The notes below the pieces were generated by a model. That model did not search any database and was not told where the DNA came from. It worked only from the letters and a program-made list of their open reading frames with translations. 64,000 nt of DNA. It comes from Euglena gracilis. Its lineage: Eukaryota. Below are positions 12,080 to 25,500 of this stretch, piece after piece (position 1 is the stretch's first letter; each line of letters begins with the position of its first letter). The position numbers and the translations under genes are program-made. The stretch is from assembly GCA_039621445.1 (NCBI GenBank), contig CP154954.1:3725715-3789714 (forward strand). The letters run 5' to 3'.

Positions 12080-12262
12080 CCCAACGGAAAACACAAAAAT
12101 CGCAATCATTAAAAAATCCGCGTGCGGTTGAGAGGCCGTGTGGTCCTCAACGGGTGAGGCGGTTCGGGGGGCACTCTGCAACACAAAGGACGACAACGAG
12201 AAGGCTAGTTTGCCTTGGCAGAACAGACGACGGCAGAACGGACGGCAGGGAAGGGGCGAAAC

Positions 12263-12720
12263 TCACGGCACACGACAGGCTTTACACAAAAAAGAGCCAT
12301 AATTTGGTGGCCGCCGCAAATCTTGGCAATGAAAATGATATGCCAAACCGCAGGCGTCACAGACAACATTGTTCGAACGATTCCCTGAAACGAACAAAGT
12401 TCCCGAATGCTGCTCACGTTGAGCCACACATTGTTCGATGACGCTCGCCTCATCGAACAACAGGCTGGGTTCCAGCTCCCATCCCGTCCAGGCAACAAAG
12501 AAAGCATCCAGCTCAGGATAAGAGGCTTGCCGATGTTGACACAGTTTGGCGAACCCCAAACAGTTGGCAACAGCAGCAAGCTCTGCACCCACGGAGCCGG
12601 ACTTTTTCTTTGTGTTGCCCTGTGCCAGCAAGGTGCCATGAAGGGGGTCAACCTTCGGCTTCTTGGCACCTTGCTGGTATACCGCGAGAGCAGCCAGGAA
12701 CAGTTCCGTCCTAGGGGGAG
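12263..12720 (-). CDS. ORF fragment ending in a PHD-like zinc finger
   Basis: VVCDACGLAYHFHCQDLRRPPNYGSFLCKAC matches the last six PHD ligands. The first pair is degenerate. The upstream part of ORF 12263..13117 runs through repeats. Confidence 0.55.
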
Positions 12721-14551
12721 GTGGCAAAAGACCATTCACAAAGTTTGCCGTGCGTTTGGCCATATTGGCAGGGCCATAGGCCATATTCGGGGGCCCCTGG
12801 CTGAACACGTTTTCAGGCTGAAATCTGTGCTCAGCCACAATTTGTGTATAGAAATGAGTAACCCCCCCCCCCCTAATTGGCCACCTGGGCTCTGGCCAAT
12901 TAGGGGGGGGGGGACAAATAGAGGGGGGGTTGGTAACTAGGAAGGGTCCATGTTTCACCAAGGGAAACATTCCTGAAATTTTCATGAAATATTTCAGGTG
13001 AAATATTTCAATATTTCTTTCACTGCAATGCTGAATAATTTGATGTCTTAGAATCTTGTTGTCCGAAAAAAATTGCCAGGAGCTCCTACACCAAACAACC
13101 GACTTTCCGCATTCCACATCATACTTTTTTCCACGTCTAGCCAGTTTTTATTTTGCACTTTATTTCAAAAACGTTTGCAAATACCACCAATTTGTTTGCA
13201 TTTTATCTCAAAAGGTTTGCACCTTATCCTAAATTATTTGCCTCTGTTCTGACAATTTTTGCATTCGGATTGGGTTTTTTTGCACAGTTGTCCTTTGAAA
13301 CTTCAATGGAGTGGATCTTTTTTCCATTAGTGCAACGTAAGACTCCAAAAATCACCAAATCGGCATCTTGAGGACATGTTCAAAACCGATCTAGTTGCAG
13401 AAATTTTGTCTAGGTTTGGCATCCAGTTCGGCCTCCGACCCCCCCCCCCCCCCGAAGTGGTCAATCCAGGTCGCACAATCTGGATGATCCATTTTTTGGG
13501 GGAGTTTGGCCCCCCCCCCTCTTGCTTACCCCTTGCCACTGGAACCCCCCTGCCTTCCCCTGTGCAGTTCAGTTCCCAAAGTGAAGGGGGGAGGGTCCAA
13601 CACCCCCTCCCCCTACGTCCAAGCCCCCCCTCGGGGGGGATCTTTTCATTTTTACAACATTTTTTTTGCGGTGCAACACGGTGCTTCTGTCTTTCTGTCC
13701 CCTAATTCTGCCATAGCAGGAAAAAGAGCGGGCAAACTAGAGATGTGATGCCAGGGATTTACAATGGCAAATTTATGGGATGCATGCTGAAAGAATGGGA
13801 AGAAAGTTGGTGTCTTTGACAACATAAATATTTGTCAACTGTGTGCTGTTGAAGATTTCATTGAAATGAAACCCGCTCCACTTGATTCTTTGCACGTGCT
13901 GCAATTGAATGCTGTCGAACAAGAGTGGTTGGCCAAAATCTCTCCCCCCCCAGTACCATTGCCATCTTTGCATTGTACAACATGGGGTGAATTTCGATTG
14001 GTTGCATGGTGTCCCTGAAGCCGGAGATGTGTATGTTTGCAAACATTGCCAGAAATCTCTAATTGGGCCAAGCCCAATTCGACCACCACGATCTGTTGCC
14101 AGGGAAAACCTTTTGGCATAAGGTCAGGGTTGCCTGAATTGACAGCGCCGGAGGAACGCCTCATTGCCCCGCAAACAAATTCCTAATTACCGTCCGAAAA
14201 CTGGCGTCTCCCCCCCGCGTCCCCCCCCGCGTCCCCCCCCGCGTCCCCCCCGCGTCCCACTTTGGAACCAAAATTTTGTTCTCGAGACAGCCAAATCTAG
14301 AAGGCTGATTCCTAATTTCAGGCAAATTTGAGGTTGGTGATTCCTAATTTGGTGTGGGTGATCCCTAACTTTTGGTGGGTGATTCCTAATTTGGGTTGGG
14401 TTTGTCCTAATTTGTTGTGGTAGAATCCTAATTTGGCTAAAAATTTCTCGCAACAAATTCCTAATTTCACCGTCCGAAAAATGGCGTCTCCCCCCCGCGT
14501 CCCCCCCCGCGTCCCCCCCCGCGTCCCCCCCGCGTCCCAGACACCCCCATA

Positions 14552-14820
14552 GTGAAACTGGTGGCCATAGGGGGTGGTCATGGCGTGGGCTGGGGCATCA
14601 AGGGAAACACAATCTCTTTTCCCCATGAAGGGTTGGAACAAACCATTTTGGTTCTTCCAAATGTGGCTTGGTTGAAAGAAACCCAAGTTTCTAGGGGCAA
14701 AGCCCAATGGGATCAAGTCTTGGCAACTGAACGCAGCAGGGCCAAAATCGAACGAATTTTCACTGTCAATTGAGATAAGTTGATAAAATGGCTTGTCGTG
14801 CTGAAGCACATTAATCCATT
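14552..14820 (+). pseudogene. Possible PIF/Harbinger-type transposase relic
   Basis: WDQVLATERSRAKIERIF resembles the N..R..VE..FG catalytic-Glu segment. Short and degenerate. Confidence 0.3.
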
Positions 14821-15371
14821 GTTCGCAACTGCCGCATGCGTGTGGGTCCCACTTAGCTGAAACAAGGCCCCACCTTTTTGTTGCGTGTAAAATGGAAACC
14901 GGTGGACATGATTTACAGGAGATTCCATTGGAACATATGGCAAATATAACACAGGATCCCACAGTAGATAGCCACTTGGTGGTATGGGAAACAAAGAGAC
15001 CACACAAATCGACGACGCGGCAAACTTGTATCTTTTGTCCTACCTTATACCTCAAATGCGCAAACTCTAGGAGGGGAGGTGGGGGTGCTGGCATTGGCAA
15101 ATTATGTCGTGGGATATTGTACAAAGAACCCTCTGAAATTAGGTGGGGTTTTATCAGTCTTGCGTCATGTCCTGGGCGAAGTTGAGGAACGGCTCGGACA
15201 CAAAATGCAAGCGAAGGAAGATTATGCCGTCCTTTTGAAACGTGTTGTTGATGCCATGGATCGAAAGATTGAGGTGGGTGCCCAAATGGCAGCCACGGCA
15301 GTACTATTTTCTGGCGTCAGTTCTTCATTCTCCAGTTGTTGCAAAACTTCATCCCTCTGGGAACTTGTAAA

Positions 15372-15528
15372 TACCATGCCCCCCCCCCCCCCATATAAGA
15401 CCCCCCCCTGGCTGGCCGAAGGCCGGCCCTTTGGCCGGGACCGACCCCCCCAAGACCCCCCCCATATAAGACCCCCCCCCTGGGATTTTGGCTCCCGAGG
15501 GGGGGTCTTATATGGGGGGGGCATGGTA
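15372..15528. mobile_element. Tc1/mariner-like MITE (TA|CCATGCCCCCCC)
   Basis: TACCATGC..CATATAAGACCCCCC / GGGGGGTCTTATATG..GCATGGTA. Confidence 0.75.
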
Positions 15529-15670
15529 GATACGGGCTTGCCGGCCACATACCCCACCCAGTTGAATCCCACCATCTCCGTATGACACCGCTAATTATTT
15601 CCATCCACCCAACGATCGAAATTCCGTTTCGTTCGGGGGCTCGACACTCAGCTATTGTGCCAATTGTTCA

Positions 15671-16483
15671 TCACCCAATTTCAATAGTGGATAATTTATT
15701 CGTGATGAAGCACGTAACTGTTCCCACACAATGCTGCACTTTGTGCACCGTGCTCGGCACCTTCAATGGCATGTACCATACCCTCCACCCCACTGCACCA
15801 CGCCATCTGCACCATGTTCTGCGCCTTGCATTCCTCCTGCAGCACCATGCACCATACCCTGCACCCCACTGCACCCCCTCCATTCCTCCCACGGCACCTT
15901 CGGCGGCATGCACCATACCCTCAACCCCATAGATGCCTGTGTCCACACTCTCCTCATAGAACACGCGCCTTCGGGACAAACTACGAGTTGGTGCCTTAAC
16001 ACAACCTGGAAATTGGCTCCGCATGTTTTGCCCTCTTGAAAACTCTTGCTTGCAATAAGGGCACACGCGTAACGGCGTCCTTGGGACAGAAGAGTTACAC
16101 CTTTCAAAATGGCGTTTAAAATTACCTCGATCACCAAAATGATCATTGCATTTGCTGCAGGTGAATAATTTAGGACTGTGAACATTGGAAGTGTCCGCGG
16201 AATGTTGGTCACACATGTGCCTCAGCAAATGCTGATTCGATGCGAACGTTTTTTCCACCAAGGCCGAATGTAATGCCTTCTTGCCATAAACTGTCACATT
16301 TTGGCACACCACCATTGACACTACGAACAAATTCCCTGCTTGTTTCGTTGGTTGCATCCCAAGAGCCCAAAGAATTTTTTTGCATGGCACGTCCCATTTC
16401 AATATCCCCCCAACATTCAAAAGCGTCCAGCGGAGATCTATCTTTTGCCAACGTTGACAGGTTGGAAACAAGCGTTTCCACAT
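15671..16483 (-). CDS. C2H2/C2HC zinc-finger ORF, probably degenerate or transposon-borne
   Basis: KTFASNQHLLRHMCDQH, FTCSKCNDHFGDRGNFKRHFERC, VCPYCKQEFSRGQNMRSQFPGC. The first finger lacks its CxxC. The start lies inside the TSD of the adjacent insertion. Confidence 0.6.
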   Translation of the reverse strand: MWKRLFPTCQRWQKIDLRWTLLNVGGILKWDVPCKKILWALGMQPTKQAGNLFVVSMVVCQNVTVYGKKALHSALVEKTFASNQHLLRHMCDQHSADTSNVHSPKLFTCSKCNDHFGDRGNFKRHFERCNSSVPRTPLRVCPYCKQEFSRGQNMRSQFPGCVKAPTRSLSRRRVFYEESVDTGIYGVEGMVHAAEGAVGGMEGVQWGAGYGAWCCRRNARRRTWCRWRGAVGWRVWYMPLKVPSTVHKVQHCVGTVTCFITNKLSTIEIG

Positions 16484-16485
16484 GT

Positions 16486-19400
16486 CTTAGACGGCCGTAA
16501 ATGGACACTTTTTTCAAAAAAAAATTGGTCAAAATTTTGGCCTAAAAACGGGTTTTCTAGGAGCACTTTTGAAAAAATTCCAGGCGCATTTGCGCCTAAA
16601 CCCAATTTTAAAAATTGCCACAGAGTGCCATTAAACTGTATCTTTTTCAAGGGTTCCAGGCGCAATTGCGCCTGGAACCACCCAGAAACAGGCAAAAAAG
16701 GACCATAATTTCACCCCAGACAGTTTTTGTCTTTGAGCAAAACCAATTGGCCAAAGAATAAATATTTTGGAGAATACACACAGTGTTCTATTGTTGTTTT
16801 CTCAAGGGGTGTCTCCCGAATATGTTTTTCAAGGTATATTTGGCATCATCAAAAAAGTACTTTAGGCGCATTTGCGCCTGGAATACCTCTCAATACACCA
16901 AACAGTGGTGATGAAAGGCGAGAATGTAAGCGAGAGACATCAACATTACTTTGCCAAGTGTGTCTCTTTTTATAAATCTTTTTCGTTCATCAACATGCAA
17001 AGTTCATTCTTCGGCAAAGTCTTTCTACTCCGTGTGTGAGGTGCCTTTGCCAAGGTTTGTGGGTGAGTGCAGAAAAATAAAAATAACAGCAACGGAAGTA
17101 GTTGAATCAATTTTTTCAAGGGCAGTGTTTGTTCTTCTTTAAAGCTGAAGTGTTTTGTAGTTTCCATTTTGAAAATGCATTTTTTTGTGTTGCAATTTGG
17201 TGAATGATGTTTGGGAATGGTGCTCAAAAACTGCGCCACCCTGTGTTGGTCCAGGCGCAATTGCGCCTGGAATTTCAAAAATGCAATATCAACCAAAGGT
17301 ATTTTTTTGAAGGAAATATTATCTCAAAATTTTACATACAAAGACACATTGCGGAACCACTTGGAGTTTGTTTCTTTGGAATTGCTGCTGATACCTTTCT
17401 CACACTTTGCTCCAGGCGCAAATGCGCCTAGACTGTTGCCGAAACGGGCGTCAGAGGCGTCCCGTTTTCATATTGGCAAACGCCTTTGACCCATCAAAGG
17501 TTGCGTGGAAAATGATTTGCAACACATAGCAACGTTAAGCATCAGAATACGTACAACGAAAGCTGAAAAATGTGCACATTGTTTTCCACATCTCCCCAGT
17601 TTTGATCATGTTAAGCTTTGAGACCTGATGCAAGGGTGAAGGTAAAGAGAACCCTATTTTTGGGACATTGTGGTTTTACGGTGAAAAATGCTTCAACCTA
17701 ACAACATTACAATGCACTTCCTCATATGCTCCTTCCAAATTTATAGAAGCAATTCAACTGCTGCTGACTTTCATTCAAAACAGATCCATACCCGATGTAG
17801 AACACTGAATCAAAATTCTCAAAAGGGGATGTATTTTTGGCTTACCAGAAATTCCAGGCGCATTTGCGCCTGGATCTTTTGAGAAATGCCCTTTTCTTGC
17901 CTTGTCCACGTGTTTCTCCAGGCGCAAATGCGCCTGGACAGTTGCCAAAACAGGCCTTTGGCAATGGTTAATTCAAATTCATGAACTGCACATTTTGTCG
18001 AGTTGCCGCTTTTTTGCATACCAATTTTCCCTTGCATTTTTATGTGGCAAATGATTGGAAACACGTTGACCAATTGGCAATTGGTTGTTTGAGGTTTGAG
18101 GCGCATTTGCGGCTGGAACAATGGTGTGAAAAAGTTTTGTTGAGGAAAGGAATTCAGTCTCAAAGAACTACGTCTCAAACATACAATTTTTTTTTGCTCT
18201 TGCAATGTGTACAAAATCTGATTTGGGCATTTGTTCTTGTCATTGACGAGGTGTTTAAAATAGTAAGTTTTTTTCCCTTAGTTCGGGTTGCCTTGAGGAA
18301 CAAAATTTGGTGTGAATGATTCAAGAATACAATTTTACAGATATTTACAGATACATAAAGTTAAAAATTATTGAAGTAAGTACTCTAAAAAACGCACCAC
18401 ATTATCCGCAACTCTCAAATGAAACACATTTGGCTCCTGCCAAACAGTTTGATGGATCACCAAACAATTCGCCGGCGGGCTTGCTGGCCAGGTCCTGCAA
18501 ACAAAGCCGCACCGTCTCAGTCTCAAGTGGGCGCACTTGACCATGTTTTAAATCAGAATCAATTTGAGAGGTTAGTCCTCATTCAGTCATTTTGCCACCG
18601 ACCCACACAATAAAGCAAAAATAAAAACACAAAATACCAGAAACCAGGTGCACCAATCGTAACACAATTCTGTTACCTAACAGCCAGATATGTGAATGAT
18701 TCTAATGTGCAAAGCATGAGAAAAGAAGACCAAAGCTGCAAAACTTCAGCATTTAAGGATTTGTTCTCTAGGGAGCACAAAGTTGGAGAAGAGGGGCTAC
18801 GTGACCAAATCCGGGGTTTTGATAAATGATCTCTAGAAAAAAATCAAATGTGCTTGCGCCTGGAATTTTCTTGTCAGCCACAATTATGTCCCGTTTTTTT
18901 TTTGAAATGTCAATTCCGAGTTAATCTGATGTATATGAATTACATTTATCGTCACTTGTCTTTTTCAAATTTCGATGTGATAGGGCTCCAAAAATATGAC
19001 AGCATTTTTTGGTGCTAATGTGCATTAATTTGTACGGGGGCGTTCCACAAAATAGTCTGTTGAGTCAGTGAAGTATCAAGACTCCTGACTGCATACTCCG
19101 AGCTTGTTTTGAATGTTGTTTTACCTTTTTTCATCTTTTATGGGGATCACAAAATTAGCCTCTTTTTAGAGTGCGTTCAGGCGCAATTGCGCCTGGATTT
19201 GAGTGAAGCCCCATCCAACAACATAACTCATGTAATGATCTTGTCTGATTGAAAAGAATATATTTCAGGCGCATTTGCGCCTGAACTACCTATGTTGATC
19301 CTTTTTTGATCCTCATTTCCCCAAGTTCAAAGCTAATTCCGCAGAAATCATGGGGTTTTGTGACAAAAAGATTTCCAAGAATTTTGCTTTCTATCGTGAA

Positions 19401-19523
19401 GTTGTGGCGTTATTTGGGCGTTGAAAATTGACATTTTGCGAAAGACCCTTTTTAGGGCTATTTTCTCAAGCCACAATTCCAGGCGCAATTTGATTTTTTA
19501 GTGTCCAGTTACGGCCGTCTAAG
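16486..19523. mobile_element. Non-autonomous TIR element, CTTAG...CTAAG ends, 5-bp TSD
   Basis: TIR CTTAGACGGCCGTAAATGGACACT (23/24). TSD catgt at 16481-16485 and 19524-19528. About 10 internal CAGGCGCAwwTGCGCCTG palindromes. Confidence 0.88.
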
Positions 19524-22500
19524 CATGTTGCTTAAACACTTTCATCAATGCAAACAAAAAAAACCCAAAGCAATAAAAACAATGATACCATGCCGCAAAG
19601 TTGGCGATGAAATCACTTTTTCTTCTCCAGGCTTCATTGAATGCATCAAAGAAAGCAAAAAAAAGCAAAATCCTGCACAGAGAAGAGAAAAGAGCATTAA
19701 ACCATTCAATGTCTTTACACGCCTTGCAAGCAGTGCTCAAAGCGGTTAACAAATACATAGACCTTCTCAACTCAAAATACATCACCCTACATCCTCAATA
19801 AAAAAAATTAACTACGCAAATGGTTAAAGCGGCCAAAATTTTTCATTTTTGGGGACTGTTTTGACCCAAAACGGGCCCTTGGGAAAGGCAGATTGGCAAC
19901 TTGGGGGGGGGGGGTTGGGCCAGATCTCAGGCCGGACGATGAGTTGGAGCCAAAGCTTGGTGCTAATACACAGCCCATGAATTAGCCCGTCTTCAAGGGA
20001 TCCCAAAAAATACACATCTTAATTGGAAATACACCCCCTCCTAATTGACATTACTCCCCTATTTCACAGTACGCCCCCAATCAACAGACCTCCCCCCTAA
20101 TTAGGAAGTGGAGATTGTTGCAGTTGTGAAGAAACATGGCTTTTTCACCGAACAATTTTTTCGACCGAAAAAACTGAGACAAAATTCATCGGTTTGGGGC
20201 CCGAAATAGGGGGATGGGGCTTTTAACACAAATTTGACCTAGGGTCCATTGGGTTAGCAGCCCAAAACATGGGGCCAAGCGGTCGAAAATCGCACCTTTT
20301 CAGGTCAAAAACACTGTTTGCAGTGGCGGGAAGCCAAAAAAACATCCCAAAAATGGCTAAGTCCACCGGCTGGGGCCCCAGCCAGGGGGGGGGGGCATGG
20401 GAAGGGGTGTCTGAATTTTTTTTCGCTCAAAAACACTTTTTTTCACGTTCTAAAGTGAAAAAGGAGTGTTTTTGAGTGAATTTTTTTCGAAATTTTGGGT
20501 CCCGACCTGCCTCCCGACCACCCGCGCGCACAGCCGCCCTCGGACCCCCGCATAGGTCCCTGATTACCCAAAAGTGGAGCAAAAATGCACAACCAGGCTC
20601 CGGGAACCTCAAAAAACGGTCAAAACCCCCCCTAATCCTCATGATTGACCCCCTGGTTTGGGTCCCAACCCTTGTCTAGCCCGAGTTACGGGTTTTAAAC
20701 GTTTTTTTCAACGGGTTTTCAAGCGTAAAACTGTGTGTTTGGGGGTGTGGGGATGGGGGGGGGTGGGGGGTTGGCAATGATGGAAGGGGGCAGGGTTGCT
20801 GCTGTTGGTGGGGCAGCCCACCCCCCCCCCCCCGCGCGGTGGCCGTAGGCCACCGGAACCTCATTGGTGGCCGTGAAAACGGCAAAAGCAGGGTCCAGAA
20901 CCGACAAAGGGGGGCTCATTTAGGGGGGGGGGGTTATGGTATTGCAAAAACTGGAGCCGACACCCCCCACACCCCCCCCACAGCCACCGGAATTTTTTTT
21001 TCAAAATTTGAGCAAAAATGAAATCACAAAATCAAAAACTGGCTAACTCCAAAAGGAAAAATAACGATTTATGGCGGCTCCCAAATTGGTACCTCGTTTG
21101 AAAAACCATTGAAAAAAACTTCAAAAAAATCAGCCACCTCACCCCCCACACCCCTCCACACTTGACCAGTAAGGGCTGCAGTTTTTGCAACATATATCTG
21201 AAACCCATGCATTTTTTTGGGGGATTGAGCAATTGCAAAATTTGGTGCACGCATTTGCATTTTGTCCCCCCCCCCCTACAACCTACCCACACCGCCCGCC
21301 ACACCCCCCCCCTCCCCGCACCCCCCGCTCCCCCATACCCCTCCACTGAGCTGTGCATTTCCGGGCTGAAAAGTCGAAAATTTTTGTACGAGTATTTTTG
21401 AGTGCCCAAAACCATGTTTTTCGAAGGAGGGCCCAGGTTTCAACACAGCCAAATTTTTTCAAAGTATGCACCACGGGAAAAAGTATCAAAACCCATGATG
21501 GAAGTTTACACTGCCTAAGACTTCAGCAATGTCAGCCATCCAGCCTGGACAAAATAAACCGGAAACACCTCCTTTTTACGCTTCTCCTTTTTTGCGAAAT
21601 TTCCATTTTTTTGCGAATTTTCTTTTTCCGCCAAAAACGAGAAAAATCGGCCCTGCCCACAGTGCCTGGAGGGTGGCCACTTTGGGGGGGGGCGTTGAGG
21701 ACACACTGGTCTTAAAGTTCTAAAAATGCTCCACATCTTAGGGGGCAGGGCAGCACGGGTGTGGGTGGGGGGGGGGCGACCACCCCCCACCCCCTGCATG
21801 GTGGTTGGGTGGGGGGTCGACCATCCCCCCCACCTCCTCCCATATTTCCGGGAGCACCAATTTTTGACTCCAAACTTTTTCCCCGGCACCTTTGGCGCCG
21901 GGTGGATTGTTAAAAAACATCTGTGAAAATGTTGTGATGGGTGGGGGGGTCGACCTCCCCCCACCAGGCCTTCCCGTACTGCCCTGTAGAGTGGGGGGGG
22001 GCTCCTTTGATTGAAGGTTGGTCAAAAACGCTGCGTTCGAAAAGAGGTGGGGGACTAGTTCTGTTGTAAACCTGTCCCAGACGCCCGGTTTATGGCAGAA
22101 CCGGCGACCCCACCTTTTTCTGATAGATTGTTTGTTTGTTTCAAAATTGTTTCAGTGCGTGCCACCCGCCTCGTTTCTTTTCCGCCAATGTCAGGCGGCA
22201 CTATGGCCGATACTGGAAGAATCCATCGCCACCGAGGCCTGTTGCACCACCGTACGCCGGTATGGAGACCAAGCAGGGGGGGGGTCCTGACCCCCCGTTT
22301 CTAGGGGGCTCCCTTGAGAAGAGCTTTCGATTGATGGGCAACATGGCATCAGAAGTGTGGAAACTACCAATTTTGACCGGCGGCCAATTTGGACCCAAAG
22401 TCATCCAAAACTGCCCAAAACATGGGTATTTGGGCGACATTGGCCGTGATTCCTCAGACGCCGGTTCGGGCCCAACAACAGGGCGGTAGCGGAAGCCTGG

Positions 22501-25500
22501 TGGGGGAGAAAAGTCCTTTGGCTTCAGAGACACCGGAAAAAGAAAAGGCGCAATTTGGCCAAAGAATCGGCACTCCGGGAGGAACGAGAAAGAGTGGTGA
22601 GGTCGCCCCCCCCCCCTCTCGCTCGAGAAGCTGCCACCGATACGTTAATACCAGGACGCCTCGAGTCAACAGCAGCCACAATGCCCGTGGACTCTCGTGT
22701 CCTGAATGATCCAGTTGCAAGAGGCCTTGGTTGTCAGCAGGATCGCCAGCCACGTAACTCGCGTCGTTTGAAACCCTGGGACGGGAGCTGCGCGATTGCA
22801 CACACCTTTCAACTTTTCAGCTGCCATGTTGCCCATCGATTGAAATTTTCAGCAGATGGCCTTAGATTTCAGCCGTGCTGCATGGCATTCTATTTCAGAA
22901 ATTCCCCAAAATTGGCCAAAGGAAATTATTGCACAAAAAACCCCAATTTCTGGCCAAAGACCCCCAAAAACTACTCAAATATGACAACCACATATCTACA
23001 AACCCTTTTGGACATTTTTTGGCATTTTTTCTTTTGGGTCCCCCAGACGCCGGGTTCACGCCCGAACCGGCGTCTGGGATGCCGGTTCAGGCGTGAACCC
23101 GAAGCCCCCAAGGGGGGGGGGGTCCGGGGGGGGGGGGGGGGGGGGGCAGGGGGGAGGGCGCGCGCCCCGGCGTGAGGGGTATTGCATGGAATGGGGAGGT
23201 CATAGGGAAAATGGTCCACGTCCCGCCACATTTCGGAATAATTGTGCAAATTGAGAAGTGTTTTCCTCCCCCATACAGCCGCCCCTTATTTAACCCAAAT
23301 CATATGCAAATTTCAAAGAATTGACAACAAAGATGCGTGCCACACATCACAAAGGACGCCATGACAACGATTGGGGGGGGCACAAGCAGCCAATTGAGGG
23401 GGGGGGCTTGGGAACACACCCCTTATTTATTTTCTTGTGCAAAATTGGTCGATTTTTTTGTGCACAGTTGTATTGGTCATGACCTTTTCTTGTCCGGCAA
23501 ATTAAAATTTTGAAATGGACATTTTTGCAGGTTTTCCGAGCCCTTTTCGTGACCTTGTCCTGGAGGCCAATTAGCCAATTTGGGGGGCGGGGCAAGGGTC
23601 AGCCAATGTTTGTCGTTTGTGAGCCTGCCCAGTTGTTCTCCTGCAGTCCACAGAGCCGTCCCCAAGCCAACGGGACAAATTGTCCAATTTTCTCCACCGT
23701 CATCCCAATCCCGTTCACCTTCACCGAAGCAATCCAGAGGTGCCCACATGTGTCCTCCTAAATGAGCCCCTAAAGCATTGGTCTTCGGTGGTAATGGGAA
23801 AAGAACAATATGTAGGGTCATAAAAGTATTTGTTCAACTTGCAGTGAAAAAAAAAAAAGAAACACAAAAGCCAAAAAAATGAAAAGCACCCCACCCCACA
23901 ATTTCACCCCCCCCCCATAAGGGACACTACCCCCTCCGGAATCGGAATTTTTTTTTCAGCCGCTGGTGAACCACCCAAGGATTTTGGACCCCCAACATAA
24001 ATGACACCCCTTGGGGGGGATTTTCAAGGTGTCGGGGGTGTCATTTATGGGGGGCAGTAATAAATTATAAAATGAGTGAAAACTGAAGAATAAAAATCTC
24101 ACCTAATGACCGAATTTTTTGCACTTCACACCGCATATTTTATCACTTTCGGTGAATTTTTTTTTGCAATTTATCTCAAAAATGTTTGCACATGCCACCA
24201 ATTTGTTTGCGCTTTATCTCAAAAATGTATGCATTTTATCCCAACAATATTTGCCTCCGCTCCGAAAATTTTTGCATTTGCATCGGGTGTTTTGCATATT
24301 TGCCATTTGAAACTTCAATTGACGTGGATGTTTTGGCATTGTCCAGTGCAACTTTTTTTTTCATTGTGCAAAAATAAAACGACGGAGTGCACAGATTTTT
24401 TCGGAACAAGTGAAAGCATTTTCGGGGCGTGGCGCCAAAATTTTTGAGACCTTTGGACCTTTTTTTTGAGCTGGCAAGTGTATTTGCCATCCGTGGGCAA
24501 ACATGTCAGACGATAGGTGTAAAAAAAATGAAAAATCAGGAAAAAATGATGGAAAAAAAACAGGACAAAAATGACACACAAAAATGAAAAAAAGAACACA
24601 AAAAGTAAAGAATTGAACCTGGGCTGTATGGACAACTACCAGCCCCAGGGTAACCAGGCAGGGGGGTCTGGATCGTTTCGACCTGGATGAACCAGTTCAA
24701 GGGGGGGGGGGGGCTCGGGCACCGAACTGGATGGTTGGTTTGGAACATGTCATTTGTTTGACAACTTGACTCTAAAACAACAAATTAGTTTTTGTTTCGA
24801 GCGTTTCGAGGTTTTTGGGGGGGGGGCAGGCTCATTTTCTGGCCACCAAATGGATGGCTCATTTTGGAAAGGGGGTCCTGGACTGCCCGGTTAATTGGAT
24901 CATTTCAACTGGATCGTTGGGGGTCTTTTTGGTCCCAACTGGATCATTTAACCCCCCCCCCCAAATCCCAAATGACTTTGCCCCCCTGCAAAGTTAGTGG
25001 GCCGATCGTTTTGTCCCTGACCTCCTGCAAAGTTACTTGGGCAGCACCCAAAACCATTGATCGACCGATTGACCACGTTTCATGGCTCTCGTATGCTGTT
25101 CATTTATATTTGTAACAAAATTTTAATGCTTCTGTTCATCAAATACTGAAATACTATGGCATTTCAGATGATTTTTTATGCTTATGTTATCCAAATTTCC
25201 ACAAAAATGCATCATTTTTCAGATTTTTTCCCTTGCAAAGGGGGTCTCAAAGTCATTTGGACCGATCTTTTTTCAGCCTTCCGCCTGCAAAGTTATTTGG
25301 GCACGCAAAGCTTTAGGGCAGTGCAAAGTTATTTGGGAGGGGGTTTTAGTCTTGGTTTTTAGTGACCTATTTGACGTGAGTGGAGGCCCCAAAGTATTTT
25401 TGGTTTTGGTTGCTAGACATTTCTTTTGAAACACGGCTGGCTGACAGTCAGACAGGGGGGGGGAGTGGACTGGGCGGGGGTGCGTTGCCACGCAGGCCCA

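Noticed and set aside
16581-19490. Palindromes with unique spacers as a CRISPR-like array
   Set aside because: Spacing is very irregular (~65-750 bp) and the sites are enclosed by TIRs and a TSD.
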